A DNA stretch of 64,000 bases from NCBI GenBank assembly GCA_038227875.1, contig JBBRPR010000008.1:64001-128000 (forward strand), written 5' to 3'. This DNA is from Planctomycetota bacterium. GTDB taxonomy: Bacteria > Planctomycetota > SZUA-567 > H5-PLA8. Position 1 is the first letter of the stretch. Every line of letters begins with the position of its first letter. Shown here one piece after another: positions 19,235 through 29,077 of this stretch. The notes under the pieces were generated by a model. The model saw only the letters and a program-made list of their open reading frames with translations, made no database searches and was not told the origin of the DNA. The position numbers and the translations under genes were made by a program.

Positions 19235-21016
19235 TCAGTAACCTGTTAACTCTCCGGACGCCGCGCTGAATTTTAGCGCGTGTCCGTCGATGGTGATCGC
19301 GAGATCGCTGCCGTTGCGACGCACGTCCACTTTCGGATCACCAAAGGTCAATAGCATCGGATGAATGTCGTGGTGACGGTCGTAGATGTGCCGCCACGTC
19401 AGCGTGGTGAGCGGGCCGTCCCAGTCCCAGTCTTTTGACTCCAGAAATCCCACGTCGCTCAGCAGCATCACCTTCATGCGCGCGTCGCGGCCTTGCACGG
19501 TCAGGCTGCTCTCGTTCCCGGACCAAGGTAGCCGGGTCTGCAGATACCACTTGGCGCTGGTGCGCAGCTCGGCGCTCTGCGGGCGCGGGCCGCGGCCGAG
19601 AATATCGTCGAGCACCAGCAGATGCTGATCGTCGAGCAGCAGCAGATGCCGCCGGAAATGCTGAAGCGCGTGCGGAAACCCTTCGGTCAGCTCGCACTTC
19701 AGATAGAAGCCGTTGGGCAGTGGCTTCATCGTCGTGATTTTCGCCGTCGCCGCGTCGGTCTGCTGCTGACCGCGTACGGTGACGGCGTTGTGTTGCTCGG
19801 TCATCCACGCGCCGTAGCCCGGGTCGATGAGAAAGCGCTCGGTGCCGTAGCCGAGAATGAAACTGCCGAGGTCCTTGTTGTTGTGGTTGCCGCCGTTGAA
19901 TCCGGACCGGAAACCAAGCCACGACTTGGCGCCTTTCCACGTCAGCCAGTCGATGCCCTGAAAGTGTTTCACGCCGGCAGTCACCGGCGGCGTCACCGGC
20001 TGAAACGGCTGGCGAAAGAAGAACGCTTCGACGTCGTAGTTGCAGGCATGCGTGTCGCGCCAGTCGCGCAGCGTCTGTTCTTGGAAGTGCGACCAGTCGG
20101 GCCGCTTCAACTTGTCCGCCCACCAGAATACCTGCGTGATGCCCCATTCGTTGGTTCCGGCGTCGACGTTCGAAAAATTGTACGGCCGCTCGTCGCCTCC
20201 CTTTAAGTACTGCCACGTGGTGATCGTGTCGTGGAAATCCTTGTTTTCGAGCAGGCCCAGAGTATCGCCTTCAAGCCGGTGCAGCGCGATAATGAAATCC
20301 GACATCCAGCCGATGCAGCCGCCCTGGTACATCACGCCTTCGGTGTATCCGCCGCCCGGGTAAAAGCTGTTGATGACCGTGCGCAGCCGCGTTTTGACTT
20401 CCTTCAGCACGCGCGCGCTGAGCTCCGGCGCTTCGTCGCGGATCGCCAGCGCTGCCAGCCCCGCGTTGCCGTGAATCGCGGCGCCCCAGTTGAAATCGCA
20501 ATTCTCCCACCAGTCGTGGAGCTCCAGCGCCTTAAGATACTGCGGCAGTCCCACGTCGCGGAGCGTGCTGACGCAGCGTTCGCGCTGCGCGGCGGTAAGG
20601 TGCGGTTTCAGCGCGTCGTAGCCAAACGCCACGGTGTAAAACAATTCGCACGCCGAGAGCTGCATCCCGCGCAGCCCGTTCGACGGCTTCGGCCGCCACT
20701 CCGGCGACGCGCACGTCCGCTCGATGGCGTCCCACGCGATGGTCAGGTACTCCGGTTTTTGCGTGAGGTAAAACGCGATCGTGCCGCGGATCATCCGGTT
20801 CTTCAGCACGCGTTCGTGGATCTTCGTGCGCTTGGGCTGCCCCAGTCCCAGCCGGATCGGCACGTCGGTGACGTCGTCGCCGTTCTTCTCGGCTTCGAGC
20901 AGTCGCAGCGCTTCGAGGTTGTGTTCATGAATCTTCGCGAAGAACGGGTCGGCCAGTTTGGCCTTCAAATTCAGCCATTCGTCGTGCGAGAAGAACAGTT
21001 CAGGGGTGTTGGACAT
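19235..21016 (-). CDS. Heparinase II/III-like (alpha-toroid plus beta-sandwich) protein
   Basis: NW..., GGYTEGVMY, NHNNKDLGSFIL, DPGY and HNAVTV motifs. Confidence 0.8.
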   Translation of the reverse strand: MSNTPELFFSHDEWLNLKAKLADPFFAKIHEHNLEALRLLEAEKNGDDVTDVPIRLGLGQPKRTKIHERVLKNRMIRGTIAFYLTQKPEYLTIAWDAIERTCASPEWRPKPSNGLRGMQLSACELFYTVAFGYDALKPHLTAAQRERCVSTLRDVGLPQYLKALELHDWWENCDFNWGAAIHGNAGLAALAIRDEAPELSARVLKEVKTRLRTVINSFYPGGGYTEGVMYQGGCIGWMSDFIIALHRLEGDTLGLLENKDFHDTITTWQYLKGGDERPYNFSNVDAGTNEWGITQVFWWADKLKRPDWSHFQEQTLRDWRDTHACNYDVEAFFFRQPFQPVTPPVTAGVKHFQGIDWLTWKGAKSWLGFRSGFNGGNHNNKDLGSFILGYGTERFLIDPGYGAWMTEQHNAVTVRGQQQTDAATAKITTMKPLPNGFYLKCELTEGFPHALQHFRRHLLLLDDQHLLVLDDILGRGPRPQSAELRTSAKWYLQTRLPWSGNESSLTVQGRDARMKVMLLSDVGFLESKDWDWDGPLTTLTWRHIYDRHHDIHPMLLTFGDPKVDVRRNGSDLAITIDGHALKFSAASGELTGY

Positions 21017-21253
21017 GGAAGCTCCAAAATTGTGCGCTTGGAGCTTACTGACCCCATGGCCAATTGGCCATAGGGTTACCTCATCGTAAATTTACCACAA
21101 GGTTACGTCGATAGGCTTGCTGGGGAAACCGTTGAACCTTCGGCCACGAACGTTTTTGAGATTTAATCTATGTATAGTGGTGTGGGTCGAAGAGGGTTCC
21201 TAGCGATTGTGGATAAGGAAAATTTTCCATACGGTACTTGGAAGGGCTCCAGA

Positions 21254-21279
21254 ACCACCCGGTAAATTTACCGGGTGGT
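21254..21279. repeat. Perfect 26-bp palindrome (terminator or REP-like)
   Basis: ACCACCCGGTAAATTTACCGGGTGGT just downstream of the ECF gene stop. Confidence 0.7.
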
Positions 21280-21295
21280 CGAAAGGTCCTTTCGT

Positions 21296-23404
21296 TCACT
21301 TCGGCTTGGGGATCCGGTAGTACGACTCCAGGCTCAGCGTGGCCAAGGCGGTCGAGCCAACCGTGCCCACGTAGGCAAACTTCTGGTACGGAACACTTCC
21401 TTTTTCGTCGCCCGCGTGAATCTGCTGGGCTGGCAAAACTTCATTCAGCGCGGCGCGCCAGCGTTCCCACTCAGGGCCGCTTTCATTCGCCAGACTTGCG
21501 GCCTTGAAGTACGTCGCGTACAGCTTGAAATTCGAACCCTGAACGTTCTCTTCCGCGTTCGCGGGCATGCGCTCCAGCAGCCATGCGGCAGCGCCATTGG
21601 AATGCGTGTTCGTACCGCACAACAAGCGAAGTCCGTAAGCACCCATGGCCGTGCAGCACTCTGCGGTGTTTCCACTACCCGGCGTGTAGTGGAATCCATG
21701 GTCGTTGCTTTCGCAACCGGCCAGGTAATTTGCGGCTTTTTCGAGCATTGCGTCATTGGCGTTGAGCTCACTGCCGCGCGCCAGGTACAGAAACTGCGCA
21801 TACCACGAGGTGATCGACAAGTCGCCAGTAGACTGTGTGTCGCTGACCGTCAGCGGTGTGTAGCGCCACGCGCCGTCGTGGCATTGGTCCAGCGAGGCCT
21901 GAGTGAGCGCACGTCGCGCCGCCTCCACCGTTGCGGGATGGTGGCTCATGATCGCTGCTTCGGCGACCGCGGTCGCGGCCATGGGCTGTTCGTAGCCGTA
22001 ACATCCGGTCTTGGGAGTCAGGAACGCGCCCGTCGTGGACTGATGTTCGATCAGCCACGAGACGCCACGGTGGACATTCTCCGCGTACGGCCCGCTGTCT
22101 TCGCTGTTGCCGCTTCCCAGCAGCGCCAGCAACGCCAGTGATGTCGACGCCACCGCATATTTCGATTCCGCTTCCGCGGCCGCGCCGGGACTCCAGTGGC
22201 CGTCGGCGTCCTGATGCGCCGACAACCAGGCCAGCGCTTCGGAGACCGCCTGCTCGGTTTTCGCCGAGCCGCCGTTGGCCAGCGCAATCTCGGTGTGATG
22301 CGCGCGCTGCTCGACCATCGTCTTCAATTCCTGATCCGCGTCGATTTTGCGCAGCACGCGGGCGAGCGTCCGTGAGGGCGCTTTCTTCTGAGCTGCCTGC
22401 ACCGCCGGCCGGGCCGCCAGACCCAGCGACGCGAGTGTCGCTTCGCTCGCTTCGACATCGCTCGCGTTGGAGCTGTTCAGATTTTCGATCAGGCGCTGAA
22501 TTTTATCCTGAAGCGCCAGGTCGTCCTGCGGAGCCGCTTTGGGCTGCAGCGGAACCGGAGCCGTTTCCATGCGCGCCTGCGGAACTGTTTGCTGAACCGG
22601 CGCGGAAACAGGAGCGGCATGGGCCAGGAACAACGTCAACGCAACCAGCGCAACCGCGCCGGCCAGCGCCACGGCATGGACGGGCTGGAAACTCAAGCCA
22701 GTCTCGCGCGGTTCCGGCAGCGAAACGCGAGGACTCTGCAACAGCGCGTTCCACTGCGCCAGATTGCCAGGCGCAACAGTTGAAGTTCCCGGCGGAGTCG
22801 ACGCCAGTCCGCGCTCGATCATCGCCGCGGAAATGGGAATGCCGGCCAGCACCACCTGCTTGCGCAACCGTTCGACGGCGCGCGTGACCCGGTTCTTCAC
22901 CGCCGATTCCGTCAGCCGCAGTTCCGTTGCGATTTCGCTCAGCGACAGGCCCGCGAAATAGCGCAGTACGACTGGGCGGCGCAGCGATTCGGGGAGCGTT
23001 ACAATTTCGCGCTGCAGCACTTCGGACCATTCGTAGTGTTCGGACGCGTCCATGGTCGGAGTCCTCTCTGCCGGAATGCGATCGCGCTGCTCGCGGCGTT
23101 TGCCGGTGCGCAGCAGGCTGATGGCGAGATTGCAGGCCACGCGCGCAATCCAGGCGCGTGCCGCGGCATCGCTGGAACCTTCAAACTGCCCGGCGTGATC
23201 GCGGATGTGAAGCAGCACCTCCTGAACAATATCTTCTGCAAACGCATCGTCGCGGGTAAAGCGCCGCGCGATGCCCAGCAGCCACGGTCCGTGATCTTCC
23301 AGCAGAATGCCCCACGCTTCGGGATCGCGCGAAACAGCCAGCCGCCGCAGGGCCTCCACAGTACTGAGTCGTTGCAATGTCTCGTGCATAAATAGCGCTC
23401 CCAT
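21296..23404 (-). CDS. ECF sigma factor with TM segment and C-terminal prenyltransferase/squalene-oxidase-repeat domain
   Basis: Sigma2 AEDIVQEV, sigma4 LRYFAGLSLSEIA, TM helix, then ALAWLSAHQDADGHW and WLIEHQ..G repeats. Start could be 23389. Confidence 0.8.
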   Translation of the reverse strand: MGALFMHETLQRLSTVEALRRLAVSRDPEAWGILLEDHGPWLLGIARRFTRDDAFAEDIVQEVLLHIRDHAGQFEGSSDAAARAWIARVACNLAISLLRTGKRREQRDRIPAERTPTMDASEHYEWSEVLQREIVTLPESLRRPVVLRYFAGLSLSEIATELRLTESAVKNRVTRAVERLRKQVVLAGIPISAAMIERGLASTPPGTSTVAPGNLAQWNALLQSPRVSLPEPRETGLSFQPVHAVALAGAVALVALTLFLAHAAPVSAPVQQTVPQARMETAPVPLQPKAAPQDDLALQDKIQRLIENLNSSNASDVEASEATLASLGLAARPAVQAAQKKAPSRTLARVLRKIDADQELKTMVEQRAHHTEIALANGGSAKTEQAVSEALAWLSAHQDADGHWSPGAAAEAESKYAVASTSLALLALLGSGNSEDSGPYAENVHRGVSWLIEHQSTTGAFLTPKTGCYGYEQPMAATAVAEAAIMSHHPATVEAARRALTQASLDQCHDGAWRYTPLTVSDTQSTGDLSITSWYAQFLYLARGSELNANDAMLEKAANYLAGCESNDHGFHYTPGSGNTAECCTAMGAYGLRLLCGTNTHSNGAAAWLLERMPANAEENVQGSNFKLYATYFKAASLANESGPEWERWRAALNEVLPAQQIHAGDEKGSVPYQKFAYVGTVGSTALATLSLESYYRIPKPK

Positions 23405-23554
23405 GCCTCATTTAGTGTCTACAACTGGGAAACGCCGCCGCCACGGACTTCGACTCATTAAAAATGAAAGATTTTCAAAATTGCGCCTGACCCAAACCTT
23501 GCACCTCGTCCGATACCGGAGTACCGTAAATGTGACGGAAGTGAGGGGCGCACC

Positions 23555-23917
23555 ATGAAGCTGGTTATCGTCGACGAAAGCGCAGATACGTGCGAGATGC
23601 TGACGTTTATTCTCAAAGGCCTGGGCCACGCCGTATGGTCCGTCGATAATTTCAGCGACGGCGTCCCGCTGGTCCACGAACACTCGCCCGACATGGTGAT
23701 GATCGACCTGAACACCAAAGGTCTGCCGGTCGATCAGTTCATCAAGGCCGTCCAGACGCATTGCCCGTCGGTGGAATTCGTGGCGATGTCCGGCGCGCGC
23801 ACCGTGATGGTCCGCGGCCATGCGCTCCACCTCCGCCGCTACTTGCAAAAGCCATTTGAACCAGGCGACGTGCAGAAAGCGATCGGGCCAAAACCGCCAA
23901 AAGTTGCGCAGAAATAA
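23555..23917 (+). CDS. Single-domain response regulator (receiver)
   Basis: IVDE, MIDL, MSG and QKPF motifs. Confidence 0.85.
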   Translation: MKLVIVDESADTCEMLTFILKGLGHAVWSVDNFSDGVPLVHEHSPDMVMIDLNTKGLPVDQFIKAVQTHCPSVEFVAMSGARTVMVRGHALHLRRYLQKPFEPGDVQKAIGPKPPKVAQK

Positions 23918-24103
23918 CCACGCCTGTCGCAGACGTTCCCACACCTCTTGCTGGCTTAAACCCGAATGGTCTCCGACGAAGTCATCATCGCCGTACTGGG
24001 TTTTGCAGCATGGACAGATGTCTCCTAGTTGTACGCCAGTCGTGCAGCGAAATTTCTTTCAAGATTATTCTCCAACGCGCCCGCCCACCGTACACTCCCA
24101 CAC

Positions 24104-27100
24104 ATGAACGCCGTAACCGCACCCCATTCGCCCGACGAGGCGCTGCTCGACGACTTTGTCCAGCGGGGCTCTGAGGACGCGTTTCGCCAGCTCGCCGAAC
24201 GCCATGCCGGGCTGGTGCACGGGACGGCGCTGCGGCTGCTCAAGGGCGATGCTGCCGCCGCTGAAGATGCGGCGCAGGCCGTGTTCATCGTCCTTGCGCA
24301 GAAGGCCCGCTCGATCTCCAATCGCGCGGCGCTTCCGGCGTGGCTCTACCGCACCACGCTGCTGGTGGTGGAGAACATCCGCCGGGTCGACGCGCGGCGG
24401 CGAAAGCATGAAGCGGAGGCGGCAAAAATGGCGGAGCTCCATTCACACGCGTCGAATTCAGATCCCGTTGAGACACTGCCGCCCGAAGTCGATGTGGCCA
24501 TCTCGAAACTCAATCCAAAATTGCAGGACGCGCTGGTGCTCCATTATTTGAAAGGCCTGCCGCGGGAAGATGTCGCACACGCGCTGGGCTGTTCGCTGGA
24601 CGCCGTCCACAAGCGGCTCAGCGGCGCGGTCGAAAAATTACGCGCGACGCTCGCCGGCCAGGGCGTCTCGCTCTCCGCGCCCGGTCTGGTGGCGGCGTTG
24701 TCCGCTCAGGCCTTGCACGCAGCTCCGGCCGGCTGTGCCGCAAGCTGCCACGCGGCCGCGCTGGGCGCCGCGAAACTTGCCGCGGCCTCCACCGTTCCCG
24801 CTGGCTTGGCCAAAGGAGCAATCAAGATGCTGTGGTGGTCCCAGGTGAAAACCGTCGCCGTAGTGACCTGCGCCGCGCTCGCGCTGCTGGCGAGTGGGTT
24901 CAGCGTTCAGAAGTATCTTCGCGCCGACGACGCGCCCCTTCCCGAACGTCCGCCCGCGGGCGATGCCAAGCCCGTCGTTGCCGCGCCGCTGCCTTTTCCG
25001 GTCACCAAAGTGATCGGCATTGTGCTGAACAACAAAACCCATCAGCCGATCGCCGGCGTACAAGTGGGCCTCTACTGCCGGGGACCGGAACGCGCGCCGG
25101 AATTCCAATCCGATCATAAGCCGGCGGTGGAACTGAAAGCGAACGGCAGCAACCTGCTGCTGGTTCCTGGAACCGCGTCGCAGAACGGCATTCCTGTCGC
25201 AGTAACCGGCGCGGACGGCAGCTTCGAAATTTCCTTCATGTCGCCACTCCGCCAGCGGCTGCACTGCGATCTGGCGTTGATGGAAACGTCAGCGGTGCCC
25301 TGTCAGTTCACCGCCTACCAGGGCGAAACTGTGCGGCTCGATCCGGTGCAGTTGGAGCCCCGGCAGACCTTTCGCGTCAAAATCGTGGACGATAAAGGCA
25401 ATCCGGTCGCCAATTCCAAGCTCAAAATTTCCGGCAGTGACTACTCCACCGATCAGAAGGGATCTTTCGTGGCCAGTGTGGTGCCGCAAAATGGAATCAA
25501 CTGGGACATCACCGCTCCCGGTTTCGAACTCAAGCGCCAGACGATTAAACGCGCCGACGAAAAGCAGGACGTGGAAATCCGCCTGACGCCTTGCAAACCC
25601 GTGACGGGAAAAGTCGTCGACGCGCAAGGCAGGCCGGTCCCCAACGTCCGAATTTACGCGGGCACCGAATCGATGGGACATCTCCCCAACTGGTATACGG
25701 AAAGCGATGCGAAAGGCGATTTCGTCCTCGCCACGATGCCCGAAAACGGCGCGCCCACGCCGCTCTATCCCACACGCGGCTACGACACCATTGGTGCGAT
25801 TCAGCACGCGAGTCCCGGACAGACCGGCGTCGTACTGCAGCTTTACCCGGCCGGCAGCATCGAAATTTTAGTCGTCGACGAGAAGGGCGCGCCCATGGCG
25901 CATGCGCGGCCTCGATTGATGAGCGACGACATGTCCAAAACCCGCTGGACGCAGACCGACGAGAACGGCGTCGCCGTGATCGAAGGCATGGCGGCCGGCA
26001 GCTTCAAATTGGATCTTCCCAACGTCACCCGGGACGAAAAAGTTCCCCCGCCGCAGCCGGTGACGATCCAGGAAAACCAGACCACGAAAGCCCGCCTGGT
26101 CTGCGAACATCCGGCCGACGCGCGCCCCGTCATCGTCTCTGGATCGCTCGTCGACCGGCAGGGCCAGCCCGTCCTCCACGCCATGGTCATGGCCTGCGTG
26201 CGCAGCGGCGGCGCTTTTCTGGAGTCCGCGCCGCATGGCAATTCCTTTGTCGATGCCGACGGCAAATTCGAACTCGCGCTCTGGCCGGATTCCGAGCCGC
26301 TCAACCGCAGACGCACGCCCATGTGGTCGCCACTGGAACCGGAGGGCGACAACAAGCTCCGCCTCTCAGCCGTTTTCACGGACGGGCAGGGCCGTGAGTA
26401 CTTCGTCGATTCGACCGTTCCCTGGACGGCCGGCACGAAAAACTTCGATGCCGGAAAACTCACCGCCGCGCTCGATCCCGAACGCACCGTCGCCATCGAC
26501 AGCGAGCCGCGCGTCTGGCTGGAGAGAGTACAGGATGCTCAAGGCAGAGACATTCACTGCCGCGCCCTCGCGCCGGCCAACCCCGAAGCCCGCGGCTTGC
26601 GGTTCGTGGTGCGGAACTCGGGTGAGCTAAAAGCGCAGCTGCGGAATTCCACGGGAGAGGTCGTCAGCGTCACCGTTCCCTCAATCAAGTCAGGAGAAAC
26701 TCAGGCGCCTGTCGTGGCCCAATTTGCGTCCCCGCGGAAAGTAACGTTCACGATCCAGGACGAGGACGGCAAGCCGCTGGCGGGTGCGAGATTCTTCAGC
26801 CTTTCGGAGGACGTCAATGCGTTCTCGCAAGGCGTAAATCAAAAGAGCAGCGCGACTGGCGAACTGACGTTCGACTGTGCGTCCAAGTCGGCCGGGAGAT
26901 GTTTGATCTACAGCGGACTGAGCCGTGAACTTTATTTTGTAAACATTCCCGCTGCTGAAACGCCGTTCGTTCAGACGGTTAAAATTGAAAAGGCCAGCGC
27001 CGTACTCTCGGGCCGCGTGACCGACAGCAGCGGCAAGGTCATCGCGATACACCGGCTAAACCTGCAGCTCAATTGCGAGGGTCGCCAGTCCGCCTTGGAA

Positions 27101-27355
27101 TATTGCGAGGTGCCGGTGAAGAACGACGGCACCTACTCCACACCGTTGCCGGGTGGCGTGCAGGTAATGCTCTCCGCGCGAGCTGACGTCCGACCTCAAC
27201 AGTTGGATGGGCGAAGCGACTGGAAAAAAGTCGGCGCCAACCAGAATGTGACGGAGGACCTGACGCTGCTGACGCCCACCGAACAAATGACGCCGAAGCC
27301 TCCCGGACCACCGAAGCCCGCGGCACGCCCGAAAGATTCGAATTCCGATTTCTGA
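24104..27355 (+). CDS. ECF sigma factor with TM segment and multiple carboxypeptidase-regulatory-like (beta-sandwich) repeats
   Basis: AEDAAQAVFIVLAQKA, WLYRT, LHYLKGL..VAHALGCS, TM helix, and repeated G.VVD..G.PV..A motifs. Confidence 0.85.
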   Translation: MNAVTAPHSPDEALLDDFVQRGSEDAFRQLAERHAGLVHGTALRLLKGDAAAAEDAAQAVFIVLAQKARSISNRAALPAWLYRTTLLVVENIRRVDARRRKHEAEAAKMAELHSHASNSDPVETLPPEVDVAISKLNPKLQDALVLHYLKGLPREDVAHALGCSLDAVHKRLSGAVEKLRATLAGQGVSLSAPGLVAALSAQALHAAPAGCAASCHAAALGAAKLAAASTVPAGLAKGAIKMLWWSQVKTVAVVTCAALALLASGFSVQKYLRADDAPLPERPPAGDAKPVVAAPLPFPVTKVIGIVLNNKTHQPIAGVQVGLYCRGPERAPEFQSDHKPAVELKANGSNLLLVPGTASQNGIPVAVTGADGSFEISFMSPLRQRLHCDLALMETSAVPCQFTAYQGETVRLDPVQLEPRQTFRVKIVDDKGNPVANSKLKISGSDYSTDQKGSFVASVVPQNGINWDITAPGFELKRQTIKRADEKQDVEIRLTPCKPVTGKVVDAQGRPVPNVRIYAGTESMGHLPNWYTESDAKGDFVLATMPENGAPTPLYPTRGYDTIGAIQHASPGQTGVVLQLYPAGSIEILVVDEKGAPMAHARPRLMSDDMSKTRWTQTDENGVAVIEGMAAGSFKLDLPNVTRDEKVPPPQPVTIQENQTTKARLVCEHPADARPVIVSGSLVDRQGQPVLHAMVMACVRSGGAFLESAPHGNSFVDADGKFELALWPDSEPLNRRRTPMWSPLEPEGDNKLRLSAVFTDGQGREYFVDSTVPWTAGTKNFDAGKLTAALDPERTVAIDSEPRVWLERVQDAQGRDIHCRALAPANPEARGLRFVVRNSGELKAQLRNSTGEVVSVTVPSIKSGETQAPVVAQFASPRKVTFTIQDEDGKPLAGARFFSLSEDVNAFSQGVNQKSSATGELTFDCASKSAGRCLIYSGLSRELYFVNIPAAETPFVQTVKIEKASAVLSGRVTDSSGKVIAIHRLNLQLNCEGRQSALEYCEVPVKNDGTYSTPLPGGVQVMLSARADVRPQQLDGRSDWKKVGANQNVTEDLTLLTPTEQMTPKPPGPPKPAARPKDSNSDF

Positions 27356-27362
27356 CGCTCCA

Positions 27363-27494
27363 CTACTTCGCCGCTTTCTTGCAGCGATACGCCCACGTCT
27401 CGTGGTTGTTGTAGATCACCGTCACGTTCCGTTCCGGGTCGTAGTAGCCGGCGACGTTGCCGATTTTCGGCTGCTCGCCCGGTGATACCCGCAA
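27363..27494 (-). pseudogene. Probable 3' remnant of a beta-propeller protein gene (or a 43-aa small ORF)
   Basis: Manual translation gives LRVSPGEQPKIGNVAGYYDPERNVTVIYNNHETWAYRCKKAAK* with strong GC3 codon bias. Confidence 0.45.
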
Positions 27495-27525
27495 TGCCGT
27501 TCCTCGCCCATCTAACACAAAAGCT

Positions 27526-27645
27526 GCTCATTCACGCTCATTTACGCTCAAACACGCTCAAACACGCTCATTCCTGCTCATTCGCGCTCATTCCTGCTCA
27601 TTTCAAACCATTTGCTATCAAACACGCTCATTTTAGCTCATTCGC
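27526..27645. repeat. Degenerate 10-bp tandem repeat (GCTCA+5 nt), about 12 units
   Basis: GCTCATTCAC GCTCATTTAC GCTCAAACAC GCTCAAACAC GCTCATTCCT..., phase kept throughout. Confidence 0.9.
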
Positions 27646-27724
27646 AAGATTTCACTTGATTTTCGGGTTTCTCGACCGCTTATATATAGAGAGAGAATTC
27701 AATGTATTGAGGGCACTACCCACT

Positions 27725-27858
27725 GCACCCCTGAGGGGTGCTAGAAAAAACGCGATCTTTATTTGGAGCACCGCATGCCATCCACATATCTCAGGCGCAC
27801 CACAGTACGGAATTTTTCGCGACTAACGAACTCGACGTCTAGCACCCTTCCGGGGTGC
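27725..27858 (+). mobile_element. Probable internally deleted IS200/RAYT-type element flanked by inverted REP-like palindromes
   Basis: 21-bp inverted palindromic ends (19/21). Inside: GGAG RBS, MPSTYL, and in another frame HHSTEFFATNELDV*. Confidence 0.45.
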
Positions 27859-27940
27859 CGCCGCGATTTCGAGAGCTCTGAAAGAGCGAAATCGTCCCAC
27901 GCACGCGCCGTGCCCTACCGCCAACTTGCTGAAAGCGCGT

Positions 27941-28816
27941 CTACTCTGAGCCCTGGCCCCTGACCCCTGGCCGCTCGCGGCTTGCCGCGCCCCTTCGCCG
28001 TCGTCGAATTCTCCATTCAGAAAGGATTCCAACCAAAATAAGAATGAAAAGTGCCGTCAGCACATTGAGTACGATGCGGGAAGGAAAGTAAGTCGTTGCC
28101 TCCACGTCTGGACACGCAGCAAGCATCGATTGGTCTATCGTTGAGCCATGGTTCAGCTGTTCAGTCCAGTGATGCGTGGAAATCCGCGCCTCAAACGGCC
28201 ATCCGTAACTATCAAATGCCGAGGGATCAGATGACATGCCCTGTCGGCGCACATTTGCAAATAGGAACGCGCTCGACAGCAACATGAGCAGCATTGCCGT
28301 GCCGAGGTGAATATGAAAAATGCTCCGCTTGATCGGCAGGGATGTCGCCCCGGGCGTGCCCAATCTGCGAACGACCAGGGTCATGAACGCAAGCAGGAGC
28401 AGCCAGATCAAAATGTCGTATAAAAAATTGTCGTACCCATCCTCGGATCCCGGAGCAACGAAAAAGAGCGTCGATGGCGGAGACGATTCTGGATTCCAGC
28501 CGCTCGGAGTCGGTTTGACGCAAGTGGAACGCAACGAAAATGGAAACGGCCAGCCGAACCTGCTGTCGCAGCGGCAACAGTAGTCCGCTGGAATCTGGCC
28601 GTGCTCCAATGGATTTTGTTCGTTCCAGAATTGGATATTCTTTTGTGATTCGACTGCATTCTCAAGAGTTATGGGATGAAGTGTACTGTTGAAGAAATTG
28701 GGTTCGAGATAATCAACAGATCGCGGAATAAGATTCAGTCCAACGACAATAAAAATTGCGAGGAGGGACACTGCGCAACGCAAAACCCTTAGAGACCGGT
28801 CAGTCATGGTGAACAT
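27941..28816 (-). CDS. Hypothetical membrane protein with internal duplication (GWPF repeats)
   Basis: Two TM-loop-TM units with RFGWPF and SYGWPF. Lower GC than neighbours. Start uncertain. Confidence 0.65.
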   Translation of the reverse strand: MFTMTDRSLRVLRCAVSLLAIFIVVGLNLIPRSVDYLEPNFFNSTLHPITLENAVESQKNIQFWNEQNPLEHGQIPADYCCRCDSRFGWPFPFSLRSTCVKPTPSGWNPESSPPSTLFFVAPGSEDGYDNFLYDILIWLLLLAFMTLVVRRLGTPGATSLPIKRSIFHIHLGTAMLLMLLSSAFLFANVRRQGMSSDPSAFDSYGWPFEARISTHHWTEQLNHGSTIDQSMLAACPDVEATTYFPSRIVLNVLTALFILILVGILSEWRIRRRRRGAASRERPGVRGQGSE

Positions 28817-29077
28817 CCTAATGCCACCATTTAGCAAATGAGCGCGCATTATCGGCACCTCGTGCGCCGCGTGCACCAAAGAACCGCCCCCAACCGATGT
28901 AACATTCAGTAACATTATGTCGCATCCAAGACACAGGAACGAACATGCCCCGACCCCCGCCAACCTCGATTCCCCACGCGCCCGCGCCCATCCAATCCAC
29001 AATCCGCAATGCAGTTGTCTCCGCCCATTCATCACTCATCATTCATCACACATCGCTCAGAACCCCCGGAGGTCGGG

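Noticed and set aside
27482..27826. 114-aa ORF across the decamer array
   Set aside because: A 10-bp period is incompatible with a coding repeat and codon bias is poor.
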